Positions 26,170 to 40,298 of a DNA stretch of 64,000 bases are shown here, piece by piece (position 1 is the stretch's first letter; each line of letters begins with the position of its first letter). The stretch lies in the NCBI RefSeq assembly GCF_006345805.1, contig NC_042997.1:192634001-192698000 (forward strand), read 5' to 3'. The notes under the pieces are model-generated. The model did no database searches. It worked only from the letters and a program-made list of their open reading frames with translations, and was not told the origin of the DNA. The translations under genes were made by a program, and so were the position numbers. Source of the stretch: Octopus sinensis. Lineage: Eukaryota.

Positions 26170-27320
26170 AGATATGAACGTGTAACAGAGGGCCCACCAT
26201 GCTAACAGCTCGATTCTGAATTCGATCAAGTAAGTTGAGACACTCAGAGGAGGCACTGCAATATTTAATACAATATCGAATGGTGACTGTATAGAAATAC
26301 AAGATGCTTTCAATCGTAAAAGATCTACCAACACGGAAGAGAGATCCAGCCTCCTTGATAATGGACTGAACATATTTGTTCCGAGAGAGATCCCTGGTCA
26401 AAGTCAAGCAAGAAATCGGATGCTGTAGCTTTCTGGAAGATCAACCCTGCCCATAGCAATGGATGGGAGTAACAGCTGCCTCTAACGATCAATTGACAAA
26501 AGTTTTGTCATGCCAGCATTAAAATTCACCAGCTAGGTATTACCCCACTCTTCGACCATGAAAAGATTATCTTCAAAAAAGGTAGTTTACCGTCGGACGG
26601 CAAGATACTTCGGTTTTTGTCCAAGATAAACATCTCTTAAGGAAGTACTGTGTTAAAAACACAATATATATCGGAGGGAGACAAAAAATCGCCCCGTAAA
26701 TGAGGACGCCAGATGCGTTTCGGCCCGGCCGTTAATCGCAATATCATTGAATTATTATTCAATATTTCCTATATTGGATGCTGATAGATTTTTGTCTCGG
26801 CATGGGGCTGCGAGTACACGTTATTGATAAAGTCCATCAAGACCGACATGCATCTGGCATTCTCGCTAGCCGCTGCAGGGACGATTTTCCGTCTCACCCC
26901 AATGTATATTGAGAAAGTTTTTTCGGAGAAAACTACAGCATCTATGAACGATGTATGTACATTATGTTACATAGATGATTATTTACTCGTATATCAATCA
27001 TTCAACTTGTTCACACAGGTGTTCTCACTCATCCATTTATATCCGTTCACACTAGTACCTCACATATTCTTTCGTCTATTAGCCACCCGTTTACATTGGT
27101 AACACCGCTATTTCAACAGGCGGTACAATCGTTTGTAATTGGTGACTCCTTTTACAATCGTTTACCCTTGATTCTGGAACACTATGAAAACTACAAGCAT
27201 ACAATATAAATCTCAAAACAGCCTTTTCCGCAAGGTTTTGTGTGAAAGAACCTTCCAAGTGAGAAAATGGAAATCATTATTCATGGCCGAATGAATTCCA
27301 CACTTTTAACATAAAATCGT
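26170..27320 (-). mobile_element. Decayed CR1-like LINE ORF2 (RT C-terminal half)
   Basis: EEWGNT*LVNFNAG.TKLLSI, LTRDLSRNKYVQSIIKEAGSLFRVGRSFTIESILYFY and IKYCS..SECLNLLDRIQNRAVSMVGP match CR1-group motifs (WG..WLV.FN..KT; LLDRIQ.RA). The distal boundary is uncertain. Confidence 0.7.
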
Positions 27321-28735
27321 TTGACAAACGGCGTTGGCCTTTTACAGTTAGCAACAGCCATAATTACAGACTGTACCCAGATTCTGCTCTGAGCTTACAG
27401 AAAGCTATAGGTACGACAACAAGCAGTTTACCCAACATATCTGAAAACAATTGTTCAGTCTTCGTGGTGACTGAGTTTCTTTGTCGTCTGTCTGAGCCAT
27501 TTGTCTTGGCCGTCTTCCTGAGCTATCTGGTTATGGCCAGAATGGAGACACATATCGCTCAGCTGCCTCAATATTCTGCATAGCAAAAAGAATGAGTCAG
27601 TCGCTCTTAACGCTCTGCAAAGAGTGTAAACATCAAAAGCGGTTTTTTATAGAGTACAAGAAGATTCTAGAAGATTGAATCACGCGACGGCTTCACGCCG
27701 ATTAGCTTCTTAATTGATCGATCATGTGAAATTATTATGGTTCAATGTCTGACCGGTTAACAAGTGGTTAGGTTTCGAATCACCGCTACGCTGTCTTTTC
27801 ATTTTACTTGTTTATACACCACAATTTGTATAGGCGTAGGAGTGGCTGTGTGGTAAGTAGCTTGCTTACGAACCATATGGTTCCGGGTTCAGTCCCACTG
27901 CGTGGCACCTTGGTCCGACCAAAGCCTTGTAAGTGGATTTGGTAGACAGAAACTGAAAGAAGCCCGTCGTATATATGTATATATATATATGTGTGTGTGT
28001 GTGTATGTGTGTGTATGTGTGTGTATATGTTTGTGTGTTTGTGTTTGTCCTCCCAACATCACTTGACAACCGATGGTGGTTTGTTTATGTCCCGTAACTT
28101 AGCGGTTCGGCAAAAGAGACCGATAGAATAAGTACTAGGCTTACAAAGAATAAGTCCTGGGGTCGATTTGCTCGACTAAATGCGGTGTTCCAGCATGGCC
28201 ACAGTCAAATGACTGAAACAAATATAAGAGAGAAAAAAAAGGGAAAGAGAAAAACATTACCATTATTGGTTTCCAACAGTTTGCCAGGCAATGGTTCACG
28301 ACATTTCTAACTTATTTTGCCAATGTTCTTTAAAGTAAATTTTATATTTCTGCTGAGTAAATTCAATTGATATTAAATTTCCTCTACACATTCGTAGACG
28401 CAAGTCAACGCATAGCAGACAGACATGGATTACATGGAAGAATGCGAACAAGAGAAATAAAATTCTTAAGATTATAAACCTGGAAAAGTACAAGACAAGT
28501 TATTACGTCTGGTAAAGTACAGAACAAGAAAATTTTCTCTTAAAATATTTCAGCTAAGGATGAAATTTCAAATAAAATATTTAGGTTTAGAAAATATCAG
28601 CTTTTATTAAAACTAAAAATTTTATTACAAGTTATTACTTCTATTTCTTATAAGTTGTTTATTAAAAATAAAAAAAAATAACTCAAAATATTTTTTGCAC
28701 TTTAAAAAAATTCATTTTTTAAAATTATTAATTAA

Positions 28736-29113
28736 CTAGCAGTGTCGCCCGGCGTTGCTCAGGTTTGTAATGGAAATAACTATTAAAGCATTTTTAGAGA
28801 GTTATAGCCAAAAATAGCAAAAAAATGGAAAAAAATTATGGTAAATTTTTTTGAGAGTAAAAAAGGTGGAGTTGCGTCCCCTAGACGGTCTGTGGTTTGG
28901 GTTTCTGATTCTCGACCCCATGTCGAATTTATCGATTTCAGAACTGGGGGAACTTTTCAAAATTTTCGCTGCGTTAGTTTTGAATTATGACATTGGGCTA
29001 TGTGGTGTCAAGTTTCATCAGAATCGGTTGAAAAAGCGTGGTCAGAGTGAGGGTACGAGAAAACAGACACACAAGAAAACGCACAGACAAACTGCCGTTT
29101 ATATAGAGAGAGA
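28736..29113 (-). mobile_element. Non-autonomous Helitron
   Basis: Highly similar to 15513-15899, with the same termini. Confidence 0.8.
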
Positions 29114-29367
29114 TAATTAGAAATTTGAAAATAGGTTATAAAAAATAATAGCAGTACATAATTAGTTAGTACTCTTTTACTCTCTTTTACATGTTTCATT
29201 TAACTGCGGCCATGCTGGAGCACCGCCTTTAGTCGACCAAATCGATACTAAGACTTATTCTTTGTAAGCCTAGTACTTATTCTATCGATCTCTTTTGTCG
29301 AACCGCTACGTTACGGGGACGCAAACACACCAGCATCGGTTATCAAGCAATGTTGGGAGGACAAACA

Positions 29368-29406
<39 letters not shown>

Positions 29407-29577
29407 GACGGGCTTCTTTCAGTTTCCGTTTACCAAATCCACTCACAAGGCTTTGGTCGGCCCGAGGCTATAGTAGAAGACACTTGCCCAAGGTGATACG
29501 CAGTGGGACAACCAGGAACCATGTGATTGGTAAGCAAGCTACTTACCACACAGCCACTCCTACGCCTATACTTTATG

Positions 29578-29650
29578 TAAGCTTGCCAAGATTCGAACAT
29601 GGAATCCTCTGATCCGTAATCAGACGTGTTATCCATTGCTCCACAAACCC
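29578..29650 (-). pseudogene. tRNA-Arg(ACG) pseudogene
   Basis: gggtttgtggagcaatggataacacgtctgattACGgatcagaggattccatgttcgaatcttggcaagctta: 73 nt, colinear with metazoan tRNA-Arg-ACG. Mismatches in the D and T stems and three G-U pairs in the acceptor stem. Confidence 0.85.
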
Positions 29651-29994
29651 GAGTTTAAATAAAATAATACAAAAATTAGTTATATATTACAGTAAAATCT
29701 ACCTATGACAACAAATTCACAGTAAAATTCACATACGTCATCACGTTTTTAGTTTTCTACCAAGATATCGTTCTCTTATATGAACTGTAATATTATTATA
29801 GGCGCAGGAGTGGCATAGGCGCAGGAGTGGCTGTGTGGTAAGTAGCTTGCTAACCAACCACATGGTTGCGGGTTCAGTCCCACTGCGTGGCACCATGGGC
29901 AAGTGTCTTCTGCTATAGCCCCGGGTCGACCAATGCCTTGTGAGTGGATTTGGTAGACGGAAACTGAAAGAAGCCCATTGTGTATATATGTATA

Positions 29995-30049
<55 letters not shown>

Positions 30050-30399
30050 AGAGAGAGGATATGTTTGTGTGTCTGTGTTTGTCCCCCTAGCATTGCTTGA
30101 CAACCGATGCTGGTGTGTTTACGTCCCCGTCACTTAGCGGTTCGGCAAAAGAGACAGATAGAACAAGTACTGGGCTTACAAAGAATGAGTCCCGGGGTCG
30201 ATTTGCTCGACTAAAGGTGGTGCTCCAGCATGGCCGCAGTCAAATGACTGAAACAAGTAAAAGAGTAAAGAATATTATAGTAATGAGTCGTCTAGTCAAG
30301 ATTCGAACCCCGAACTCCTGGTTCACTGCAACAAATCTTTGTATGTCTCTGGATTATGACTATCACTGCTGTGTGTCTGTATTTTTTCTTATTCTGCAA

Positions 30400-31700
30400 T
30401 TTTCCTTCAACGCTTATATAATGTTACAACAGCACACTTGCAAGAATACAACATTACATATATACCTTATTACATGTGCCTTTATATATCAGCAGTTATT
30501 TCCAGGGCTGTTTTCACATTAAACCCTAATTCCTAACATCATTTCTGTCAGATGCTGCTTCTAGATTCAGTTCTGATTACACTGCTTCATATTTAACATG
30601 AGAACTTTGGCGATGTCCCATATCTGCAAAGGAACTATCAAGCCCTTGCTATTCAACTTACTACATTGTTTATCTCAACCAAACTGCTTACAACAGCCAT
30701 CGCCCCTGCTATTGCACACAATAAGGATGTATGAAAATGTTGCCTGCGTGTGTGTTGTACCAAAGTTGCTGCAATGAGTTCTTAGTAAATTTGCAGAAGG
30801 CTGTGTATAATAATTTGATAACACCAAGCAAACATTTAAACATGATTTATTATCGCTGCACAAGTCACATAAAGTTGGTCATGCATTGCAAATATACACG
30901 TAGAGTTAGCAGGGTGAAGGAAATATAATGCAACATGCAAAGTTGCTGGATATCAAAATTTACCATTGGGACTGGATTAAACTCAAGGAAGATATATTCA
31001 TACGCTGCTTCATATCTTCTACTACAATCGCATATCGGTTAAGTGTGCAGGCGTTAGAACAACTAACAAAGAGTGTGTATTTCGTACCGCGACCAAGAAC
31101 ATACTGGAGTCTGGCGCCGAAAAGGGTTCTGTCTACAGGCCTTGTAGGGAAATATTTTAGGGCCTTCCAGGATCACCTTTCTCGTGATGTTTGATTTCTG
31201 ATTGGGCAATAAATTCGATTGCACACATACGATCAAGTCGTTGTTATGTCGTGAATTGAAAACCGCAGTGTGGTAACGCGAGTTCGCGTCCGGGGCCACA
31301 AAAAATTACCAAATTCATTCGGCCTTTCACCTACTTCACTTGCAATATACACATATCGCCAGAAGTATTCTTCTTTTACTGCAGTGTGAGAATACAAGAA
31401 CTTTCTTCTCAATTATTTTCCCCAGAAACCATATGACAGAGCTGAATTGGCTTTTTTACTATTCTATATTCAGTTTCACACGAATATTTATTCACATGAC
31501 AAAAATAATGTAAACACACAAGTTAGCGACAATACTAACTTAAAGGTATATAGGCACATGCCCATTACACTATTCTCGCATAACACAGTTCAGATTTCAG
31601 CTTCTAATACATAAGATACAAACACTAGTTTTGCAACACATCTGCTTTTCGAATCTCAGCTAAGAGGACACTCATTTCGTTTGCAATTCTGCAAAATTTA
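30400..31700 (-). mobile_element. Highly decayed DNA transposase, probably hAT (Charlie/Buster-like)
   Basis: Non-microsatellite block. Fragmentary minus-strand peptides loosely resemble FALQxDES, AxLxVFVxY and VAPxA...H in the expected order, with many stops and frameshifts. Confidence 0.3.
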
Positions 31701-31876
31701 TTTTTTCGGAATCACAATTTACATTATATGAAACACAGGAATACTAAAAATGAAGGAGGGGGGAAATCTTTTCTTTTCCTATGAGATATGGGGTTTAAGG
31801 GAACAGCTGATCCAAAATTTATTTGATACCTATTGTTCAACAAAAAAAAACTACTAAAAGGGAATTGGGTTAATTT

Positions 31877-32209
31877 GGCGGCTGAAAAGTTCATAGGCTG
31901 ACTATGAGTGATGCTAGAGCTGTGAAATGCATTGATTTCAACTCTTCTCATTTATAACAGCATTCTCCTGAATATGATCTGCTGCCCAACATGAAAAAAC
32001 ATTAGGCTGGGAACCAATATCGCAGTGAATATGACGTCATATCTGCCATCGATGATTTTCTTGATCTTCAAGATGAAAGCTTGTTCGCCAACGGGTCGCA
32101 AGCACTGCAACACCCGACCGTAAGGAGGATAGTATTGAAAAGTAAACCTAATTTGGTTACATTCCATGAGTCTCTTAGTTAGTCTATGAATTTTTCAGCC
32201 GACCCTCGT
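31877..32209 (+). mobile_element. Internally deleted mariner element
   Basis: TIRs ggcggctgaaaagttcataggctgac / agtctatgaatttttcagccgaccctcg. The interior encodes LLPNMKKH*AGNQYRSEYDVISAIDDFLDLQDES.F.NG.QALQH, the mariner C-terminus. Confidence 0.8.
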
Positions 32210-32734
32210 GTTTCCCTCGAAAGTGATACCTTCTAAGGAGTCGTCCGAGTCAAGGAAAGAGACTCTCAGAGAGAGAGGGGAGAGAGGGGGAGAGAGAGTG
32301 AGAGAGAGAGAGAGAAAGAGAGAGAGAGAAGGGAGGCAGTACGAGCAGTCCGCCCCGGGCAGCACTTTTAAAGGGGAACCACTTTGGGGTCTGTTATAGG
32401 CAATATGTGTTTTTTGTGGAGTCCGAGGGTGGCAAACGGAAGGTCCGCCCCGGGCGGAACACATTCTAGCTACGCCAGTGGGTACACCGAGGTACACTGT
32501 ATTGAGGGGAAAAGACAGAATAATTAAGGCTGGTACACTTTTGATCGTAAGACTGCTTGGACTGCTTGATCTTAGCTAACTAATAACAACTCGAACTGAG
32601 ATGAACTAAAGAGAGAAGCTTACAATGCTCGCTCAACTTGTTAGAAATAGCAAACAAATCTTTTTTCAAATCTTCTTCCCATCTTAATTGGTTACTGCAA
32701 TCCTAGACAGAAGAAAAATCCCTCTCAAATCATA

Positions 32735-33497
32735 TTTATTTCTTTATTTTCCTCAGAGAGGCTAAACATAGAGAGGACAAACAAGGACAGGCAAAGAGAT
32801 TAAGTCGATTACATCGACCGCAGTGCATAACTTGTACTTATTTAATCGACCCCGAAAGGATGAAAGGCAAAGTCGACCTCGGCGGAATTTGAACTCAGAA
32901 CGTAACGGCAGATGAAATGCCTATTTCTTTACTACCCACAGAGAGGATAAACAAGGACAGACAAACAGATTAAGTCGACCCCAGTGCGTAACTGTTACTT
33001 AATTTATCGACCACGAAAGGATGAAAGGCTAAGTCGACCTCGGTGGAATTTGAACTCAGAACGTAACAGCAGAAGAAATACCTATTTCTTTACTACCCAC
33101 AAGGGTCTAAAACAGAGAGGACAAACAAGGACAGGCAAACGGATTAAGTCGATTATATCGACCCCAGTGCGTAGCTGGTACTTATTTAATCGATCCCGAA
33201 AGGATGAAAGGCAAAGTCGACCTCGGAGGAATTTGAACTCAGAACGTAGCAGCAGACGAAATACCTATTTCTTTATTACCCACAAGGGGCTAAACACAGA
33301 GAGGACAAACAAGGACAGACAAACGGATTAACTCGATTATATCGACTCCTGTGCGTAACAGGTACTTATTTAATCGACCCCGAAAGGATGAAAAGTAAAG
33401 TCGACCTCGGCGGAGTTTGAACTCAGAACGTAGCGGCAGACGAAATACCCCTAAGCATTTCACCGGCTTGCTAACGATTCTGCCAGCTCGCCGCCTT
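32735..33497 (-). mobile_element. SINE family A multimer (~4 units)
   Basis: One head at ~33497 followed by repeated bodies. Further multimers at 33825-34213(+), 48407-48918(-), 50160-50757(-), 52874-53470(+) and 63328-63706(-). Confidence 0.9.
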
Positions 33498-34650
33498 CCT
33501 TCTCAAATCATACTGACTTATAGGACCGGTTTCCCATGCTTCCGTAGCGCAACGTGTAATGAAGTGTTTTACTAAAAAGAAAAAACCACAACGCATCTGT
33601 CGGTCCAGAATCGAAACCACAATCTCAAGTCATACTTACTTAAAGGACCAACACCTTAGCCACTAAGTCACGTGGCTCGACTTGCTCTAGGTATACTTCA
33701 TAGAAATAGATGGTTACGGATGGAATGCTTTTGATTGTAAGGTGCTCGTACAATACAAGAAAAAGTATATTGAGATGAAACAACATATATGACAAGAGCA
33801 AAATATTTCATCAGAAAATCAACATTTCGGGCAAAATGCGTAGCGGTATTTCGTCTGCCGCTACGTTCTGAGTTCAAATTCCGCCGAGGTCGACTTTGCC
33901 TTTCATCCTTTCGGGGTCGATAAATTAAGTACCAGTTACGCACTGGGGTCGACATAATCGACTTAATCCGTTTGTCTGTCCTTGTTTGTCCCCTCTGTGT
34001 GTAGCCCCTTGTGGGTAGTAAAGGAATAGGTATTTCGTCTGCCATTACGTTCTGAGTTCAAATTCCGCCGAGGTCGACTTTGCCTTTCATCCTTTCGGGG
34101 TCGATAAATTAAGTACCAGTTACTCGCTGGGGTCGATGTAATCGACTTAATCCGTTTGTCTGTCCTTGTTTGTCCCCTCTATGTTTAGCCCCTTGTGGAC
34201 AACAAAGAGATAAATATATATGTGTCTCTTCAGTTTAACAGAAAATACATCTTTGTATAGTCAACTCTTTATACTATATCTTTGTACCTTCAACATTACC
34301 CATGGATTCTTCCTTTAAACTGTAGCTTCATTAGAATTACTGGCGCTAATTTTATTGATTTTATTGAATACGTTTAGTCGGCAATATCCATTATTGGTGT
34401 TATGGTGCTTTAGTTATATTGATTTTTATAAATATAAAAAAAAAAGAAAAGCAGAATTTGTGATTTGTAACGTTCGTAATTAATAGTTTCAGCCAAAACT
34501 CAAAACATGGTTATGCAATTATTCTTTGTTTTTCCTTTTTTTCTTTCGTAATAAATATTCTAACATATTTCTCCTGAATGTAGAAGAGTGTTTGTTTGTG
34601 ACGTGGTGTGTGTGTGTGTGTGTGTGTGTGGTGTCTGTGTGTGTGTGTGT

Positions 34651-34682
<32 letters not shown>

Positions 34683-35503
34683 TGTGTGTGTGTGTGTGTG
34701 TGATTGTTACTGAGTCAGATGGTTGATGGTTTTCATACATTTTGCGATCTAAAGAAGGAAAGAATAATCAATGCCGAGCAGAGTAATGTTTGTAGTAAGT
34801 TTAGAGTTGTTTCCCTTGTATTTGAAAAGCATTCAACTAACTTCGTATTTGCATCTGGTTTGCAAGACGAGATTCTTTATGCGAATTCGTGTGTTGAAAC
34901 GAATTTGGCTAATGACGCTCCCTGGACACAACGAGTAGGATTAAATAAATTTAAAAATGTCGTTTTTCTTTTACTTTTTAGATATTTTCTTACTATCTTA
35001 AGGAAATCTTTTTGGAAGTCGTTACTACACTAACTCATCTCTAAACGCACACGCCTGTTCGTATGCATATATATATATATACACACGCACGCACATGTGT
35101 ACATGTAGTGTGTGTACGTGCGTGTATGTATGTGTGTATATGTACATATATGTCTGTGTAAGTATGCGTGTGCGAGTGTGCCCGCGTGTATGAGTATGTA
35201 AAGTTGTCGTTGCCCGCCACCAAAATTCTCCCTCCCTCTCTCACCCTCTCCTTCTCATTGTTTTCCTCTTTCCATTCATTCTTTCCCACGCCTTTATTAC
35301 GCTGGCCCATCGTGTGTAATTTTGGTGTCCGCTTATTCAAGAGAAGTAGTCCTTATTGCAATTGCCACAGACGAAGACTGAACAGTCGTAGGAAGCTGAT
35401 ATCTTCCATCTTTGTCTTTTGGTACCCACAGGAGTGATTTCAATCGTTCTCCTTTTTTTCTCACATCAGCCTTTACATCATGTCTCCAGAATATAGGGCT
35501 TAA

Positions 35504-35722
35504 CCCTGTAGTATTCAGCTTACTCTGTCAAATGTAATGTTTATTTATTCACATTATTTTGAATTAATTATACATTATCTCTTAGCTTCAATATTTTGAT
35601 GAAATGGTGGTTATTTTTAGAATTACTTTGTAGAGTCGATGTGATAGGCTGGGTCTGGTTGATCTGAATGTAGGACAGGCAGAATATTTGGGCCAGATAT
35701 TGCCGATTTAAATGCTGGAGGG
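35504..35722. mobile_element. piggyBac-like MITE
   Basis: TTAA|CCCTgtagtatt ... aatgctggAGGG|TTAA. Confidence 0.65.
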
Positions 35723-35982
35723 TTAATGCTATCTCTTTCTATGTACATTGGAGAAAAGTCACTTTACATACATCCTTACATCTCATGTAGGGATGGTTAG
35801 ATGTTTTCGATCCACGCTAATATTGGCTGGGTAGTAGAACCTTAGAGGAGCGCCCTCTAGACCCTGAAGGGCTTACCCAAGCTGCCACAGTGTGACTGGA
35901 CCTCAAAGCACATGGTTGCACACCAGACTTCTTAACTACAAAACCATGCTTATACACACACGCATACATACATACGTATATA

Positions 35983-36177
35983 TAGGGTGTCCCAGAAGTT
36001 GCGCACCATTCTGGTTTTCATTAAAAATTATTAAAGCAATTTATTTTATTATATTTTTTCGGCATGTTTTATTGTAGAAGGTGCTCAATTTGAGCATTTG
36101 TTATGATAATTTTTTTTTGAAATCGGTAAGGGTGTTTTCTTTTAAAAAACCAGGGTGGTGCGCGACTTCTGGACACC

Positions 36178-36180
<3 letters not shown>
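35983..36180. mobile_element. Tc1/mariner-type MITE
   Basis: TIRs agggtgtcccagaagttgcgcacca / tggtgcgcgacttctggacaccctg, inserted in (TA)n. Confidence 0.8.
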
Positions 36181-36215
<35 letters not shown>

Positions 36216-36581
36216 CAATTTAATAAATAAAACATATGCATACACACATATATGTACATACCTACATCTATATGTATATATACATGCATATATATATATG
36301 AGTACAGGACACCACAAATAAACGTAGAACACAACGAGAAACGAAAGCATAAAATCAAACAAGGAAACGGACTTTTTTTGACAACGAAAAAAAAGAGTAC
36401 AAGACAAACAATACCAGGAAAATTCCCCTTCATCAGCTGCCCCTGTTTCGACTCAATGCGTGTTTCGAAGGTAAGGGCAGTATACATATACACACACACA
36501 CACACATACATACATACATACATACATACATAACATACATACATACATACATATGTACGTACGTATGTGTGTGTGTATATG

Positions 36582-36618
<37 letters not shown>

Positions 36619-37589
36619 GTGTGTTTATAAAAGTAGGTAAATGGTACAACAAAGTACCAATATTTACTGGAAAATAGCAATCGTAATAAATACGAAGCTA
36701 TTGTATAGCTTCACTGCGTATATACTAGCAAAGACGTGTGTGTGCAACAAACATGAAAAAACATGGTTTTGTAGTTAAGAAGTCTAGAGTGAAACCTTGT
36801 GCTTTCAAGTCCAGTCTCACTGTGTAGCAGCTTGGGTAAGCCCTTCATGATCTAGAGGGCACTTCTTGTATGTACGTAATGAGACTGGACCTGAAAAACC
36901 GTACATACATACATACATACATACATACATACATACATACATACATACATACATACATACATACATACATACATACATACATACATACATACATACATAC
37001 ATACATACATACATACCTATTACTGTGCCTGATGCAGTACCAGGCAGTGGCTCATGGCATCTGATCTTATCTGATTGGAAGTGTTATCATGTACATTGTT
37101 TTGTCTTTGTATAAAAGATGGTCTACAGCAAATATTCTGCTCAATACCATAGATTTGCTTGTCAGTTGTTTGACCTTAACCAGTTGAGCATGTCCCTTAG
37201 TGGCTGACGATGTGTGCATCTCTGATCACGAGCAGAAGTAGTGAGGGAGCATCATAGCCATGTGTTGAAAGAAATTCTTTGGGGTTTGGATAATTCACCA
37301 CTGGAAACATTGGTGTTTCATTCAACATCCTTATTCAGGGACCTTTTGAGCAGGATGGGCTACTCGACCTGAAAAAAATTCTAGCCTGACCCCAACTGCA
37401 AGTCAAGCACTGTTTATCTTGACATGAGATCACCATGTCATGCACATGTGGTTGTGATGCATGTGCCTGGTGTATCCTTATAAGACAGGTTGTCATGATG
37501 GGTGTACTGGGCTTCGTATATTTTACCCCAGTGTCACTTTGATGGCATTCACTCCTTTCTCACTCAAAACATACATACATATATACATT

Positions 37590-38310
37590 GTAATCCCAAG
37601 GTGCAACCACATGTGTAGGCTATGTCATGTTTCTGTGGAAAACATTACACATGTGATTATCAGCTGCCCTAAAAATCTCATCAAATTACTACCTGCTTAT
37701 GCAGTGCAACATTGTTGCTAAAACAATTTACAATGACATCCGCAAAAAAGACTGTCCTGAAATAAACTCAAGAACTCCCTCTGTTACGGAATACATTCAT
37801 AAACACCAACTCAAAGAATACTGGTAGAACATTCCCATCAAAACTTCTGTCAAATGTAAACATAACAGGCCAGATATTGTTATTTGGCACAGAGGGGAAA
37901 AGGTACATACCATCATACAGGTCAGCTGCCCTACAGATATAAATATCTTTTTGAAAATCAAAGAAAAAGAGGATATCTATGGACAACTGCTTTGAAACCT
38001 CCAACTTCTATATCCAGACTATGAATTTATATTCATACCAATAATAATTGGAGCACTAGGTTTTGTTAGTAAATACTTAAAGGAGAATCTGGATAAACTG
38101 GGATTTTCAGAAAGAGAAATCGACCGGCTGATTTATACATTACATGTGCAATCTGTGAGTGGAACTGTAAAAATATGAAAGACTTTCTCAAGTTCCAAAT
38201 GTGAATTTGTCTGTGTTAACAACATCTCAAAGATGGAGCCTTGTATCTTTGTTAGAAACCAGCTGCCTCCTCAGTGGAAGATTTATAGTTATTAGAAGAT
38301 AGAAGAGACA
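37590..38310 (+). mobile_element. R4/Dong-type LINE, CCHC knuckle + RLE domain + 3' UTR (pseudogenised)
   Basis: CRLCHVSVENITHVIISCP (CCHC), VAKTIYNDIRKKDCPE, NIPIKTSVKCKHNRPDIVIW...IIQVSCP...KEKEDIYGQLL. Frameshifts and stops are present; catacata occurs at both junctions. Confidence 0.85.
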
Positions 38311-38516
38311 TGCATACATAGACTGGCCCTCGTGCCAGTGGCACGTAAAAGCACCCACTACACTCTCGGAGTGGTTGGCGTTAGGAAGGGCTTCCAGCTG
38401 TAGAAACTCTGCCAAATCAAGATTGGAGCCTAGTGCAGCCATCTGGTTTGCCAGCCCTCAGTCAAATCGTCCAACCCATGCTAGCATGGAAAGCGGACGT
38501 TAAACGATGATGATGA

Positions 38517-38560
<44 letters not shown>

Positions 38561-38645
38561 GTGTGTTTGTACATATGTGTGCATGTGTGTGTGTGTGCAT
38601 GGATATGTGTACTAATGTACACATATGTATGTATGTATGTATGTA

Positions 38646-38683
<38 letters not shown>

Positions 38684-39769
38684 AGAAAAATTTAATGAGC
38701 AAATAACCGATAACCAGTACTAAGCTTGCTTTCCTTCCCCTCCTAAAATACCAGGCTGAAAAATATTCGTATGAACATCTTTGGGGTCTCTTAGGAGATA
38801 TAAAAGAGGAATCTGAGACAATGTTTGTTCTTTAAGACCATTTCCTAATTTGGGAAGAGGCTTTCTTTCTGGAGCCATATCTACATCCCTTTCCCTAACA
38901 TTAAAATTATGCAGAAAACTGAGTTGGTGCATAATAGCCAGAAATTTCTTCTGTTCTTCCACCGTCTTTCTTCTTGTTTTTTTATTTGTGTAGTATGGTC
39001 GTGTTGCTGAGTGCATGGATGTAATTTTGGGTGTGTTGCTGTGTGCTAGACTTCATGTGTGTGTGTGTGTGTGTGTGTGTGTCCTTAGTTTCCATGTCAA
39101 ATTCCTGTTACACTTAGCAGTACTATTTCAGTATTATAAAGTTACAAAATTCTGAGAAACATTTGCTTGATATTCTATTTTCATTGTTGTTGCTGGTTTA
39201 TATCTCGACATCAACTACGATGAAGCAGACCTATGATCAAACACGTTCCAACCATGACCATCCCATCTTTTTAAGAATATGTAGGCACTACATTATCTAA
39301 TGCAGTGGTTCTCAGCTAATTTTTACCTATGGTCCCCTTTGATTTCTATTGTACTTGGGTAGATCCTCACAGCCATTCGATATTTTAAAAATTCTATTAC
39401 ATTCCAATATGATACATAGCCCCTTTTCAAACCTAGCCAGGCTCATGGGCCCGGTTTCCCAGTTTCTGTGGTGTATATGTTCCCCCCAGTTTGATGGGGG
39501 ACGCCAGTCCATCGCAGCATTACTCAAAGAACAGAAAGAGAGAGTGAGAGAAAGTTGTGATGAAAGATTACAACAGGGGTCACCACCGATCCCAGCCGGA
39601 GCTCAATAAACACATGCAACACCCGGTCTGGGAAATGATTTATTGTCAAAACTTCCCATTTCTTCTATTACTTTCAGAATCTGCATTCCTGTACCTAGCA
39701 AAAAATTAAAAAAAATTTTTTTTTATAAATAAGAAAGAAAATCAATATTATATTTGGCTACATTACTTT

Positions 39770-40263
39770 GTCATCATCCCCCATCAATGTCGCTGTCATC
39801 ATCCTCAGCATCATCAGCTCAGCAGCAGTGACACTGTTATTACCATTGTCATCGGCTACCTTCCTTAGCATCACTATTCACATTGTTACCATCTTCACGT
39901 CATTATTATATCATCATCATTAAAATAAGCAGGAGTAATGTTACATCATCATCATCATCATTGTCATCGTTGTCGTCGCTGTAGTTATTGATATCATTGT
40001 CATCATTGTCAATATCATCATCATCGTCATCATTATGCTCACCATCACCATCATCGTTGTCATCATCATTGTCATCGTCGTTAGTAGCAGAAGCAACAGC
40101 AGCATCATTGTCATCATCCCCATCATCATCATTATTATCATCACCTTCACTATCGTCATCCTCATCATCATCATCATCACCATCACCATCATCATCATAA
40201 TCATCATCATTATCCCGCCACCACCACCAATATCATCATCATCATTATCATCATCACCACCAC

Positions 40264-40298
<35 letters not shown>

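Noticed and set aside
32735-33497. Regularly spaced repeats suggestive of a CRISPR array
   Set aside because: Whole ~184-nt units repeat with no unique spacers, there are no cas genes, and the context is eukaryotic SINEs.
36300-36482. Minus-strand gaaac...gagtc and ctgatgaagggg, a possible type II or permuted hammerhead in a PLE-like fragment
   Set aside because: I could not build consistent stems I and II around the motifs.
37018-37570. 550-bp block between (TACA)n arrays, probably another LINE 3' end
   Set aside because: No diagnostic peptide motif or second copy in the window, so it is not classified.
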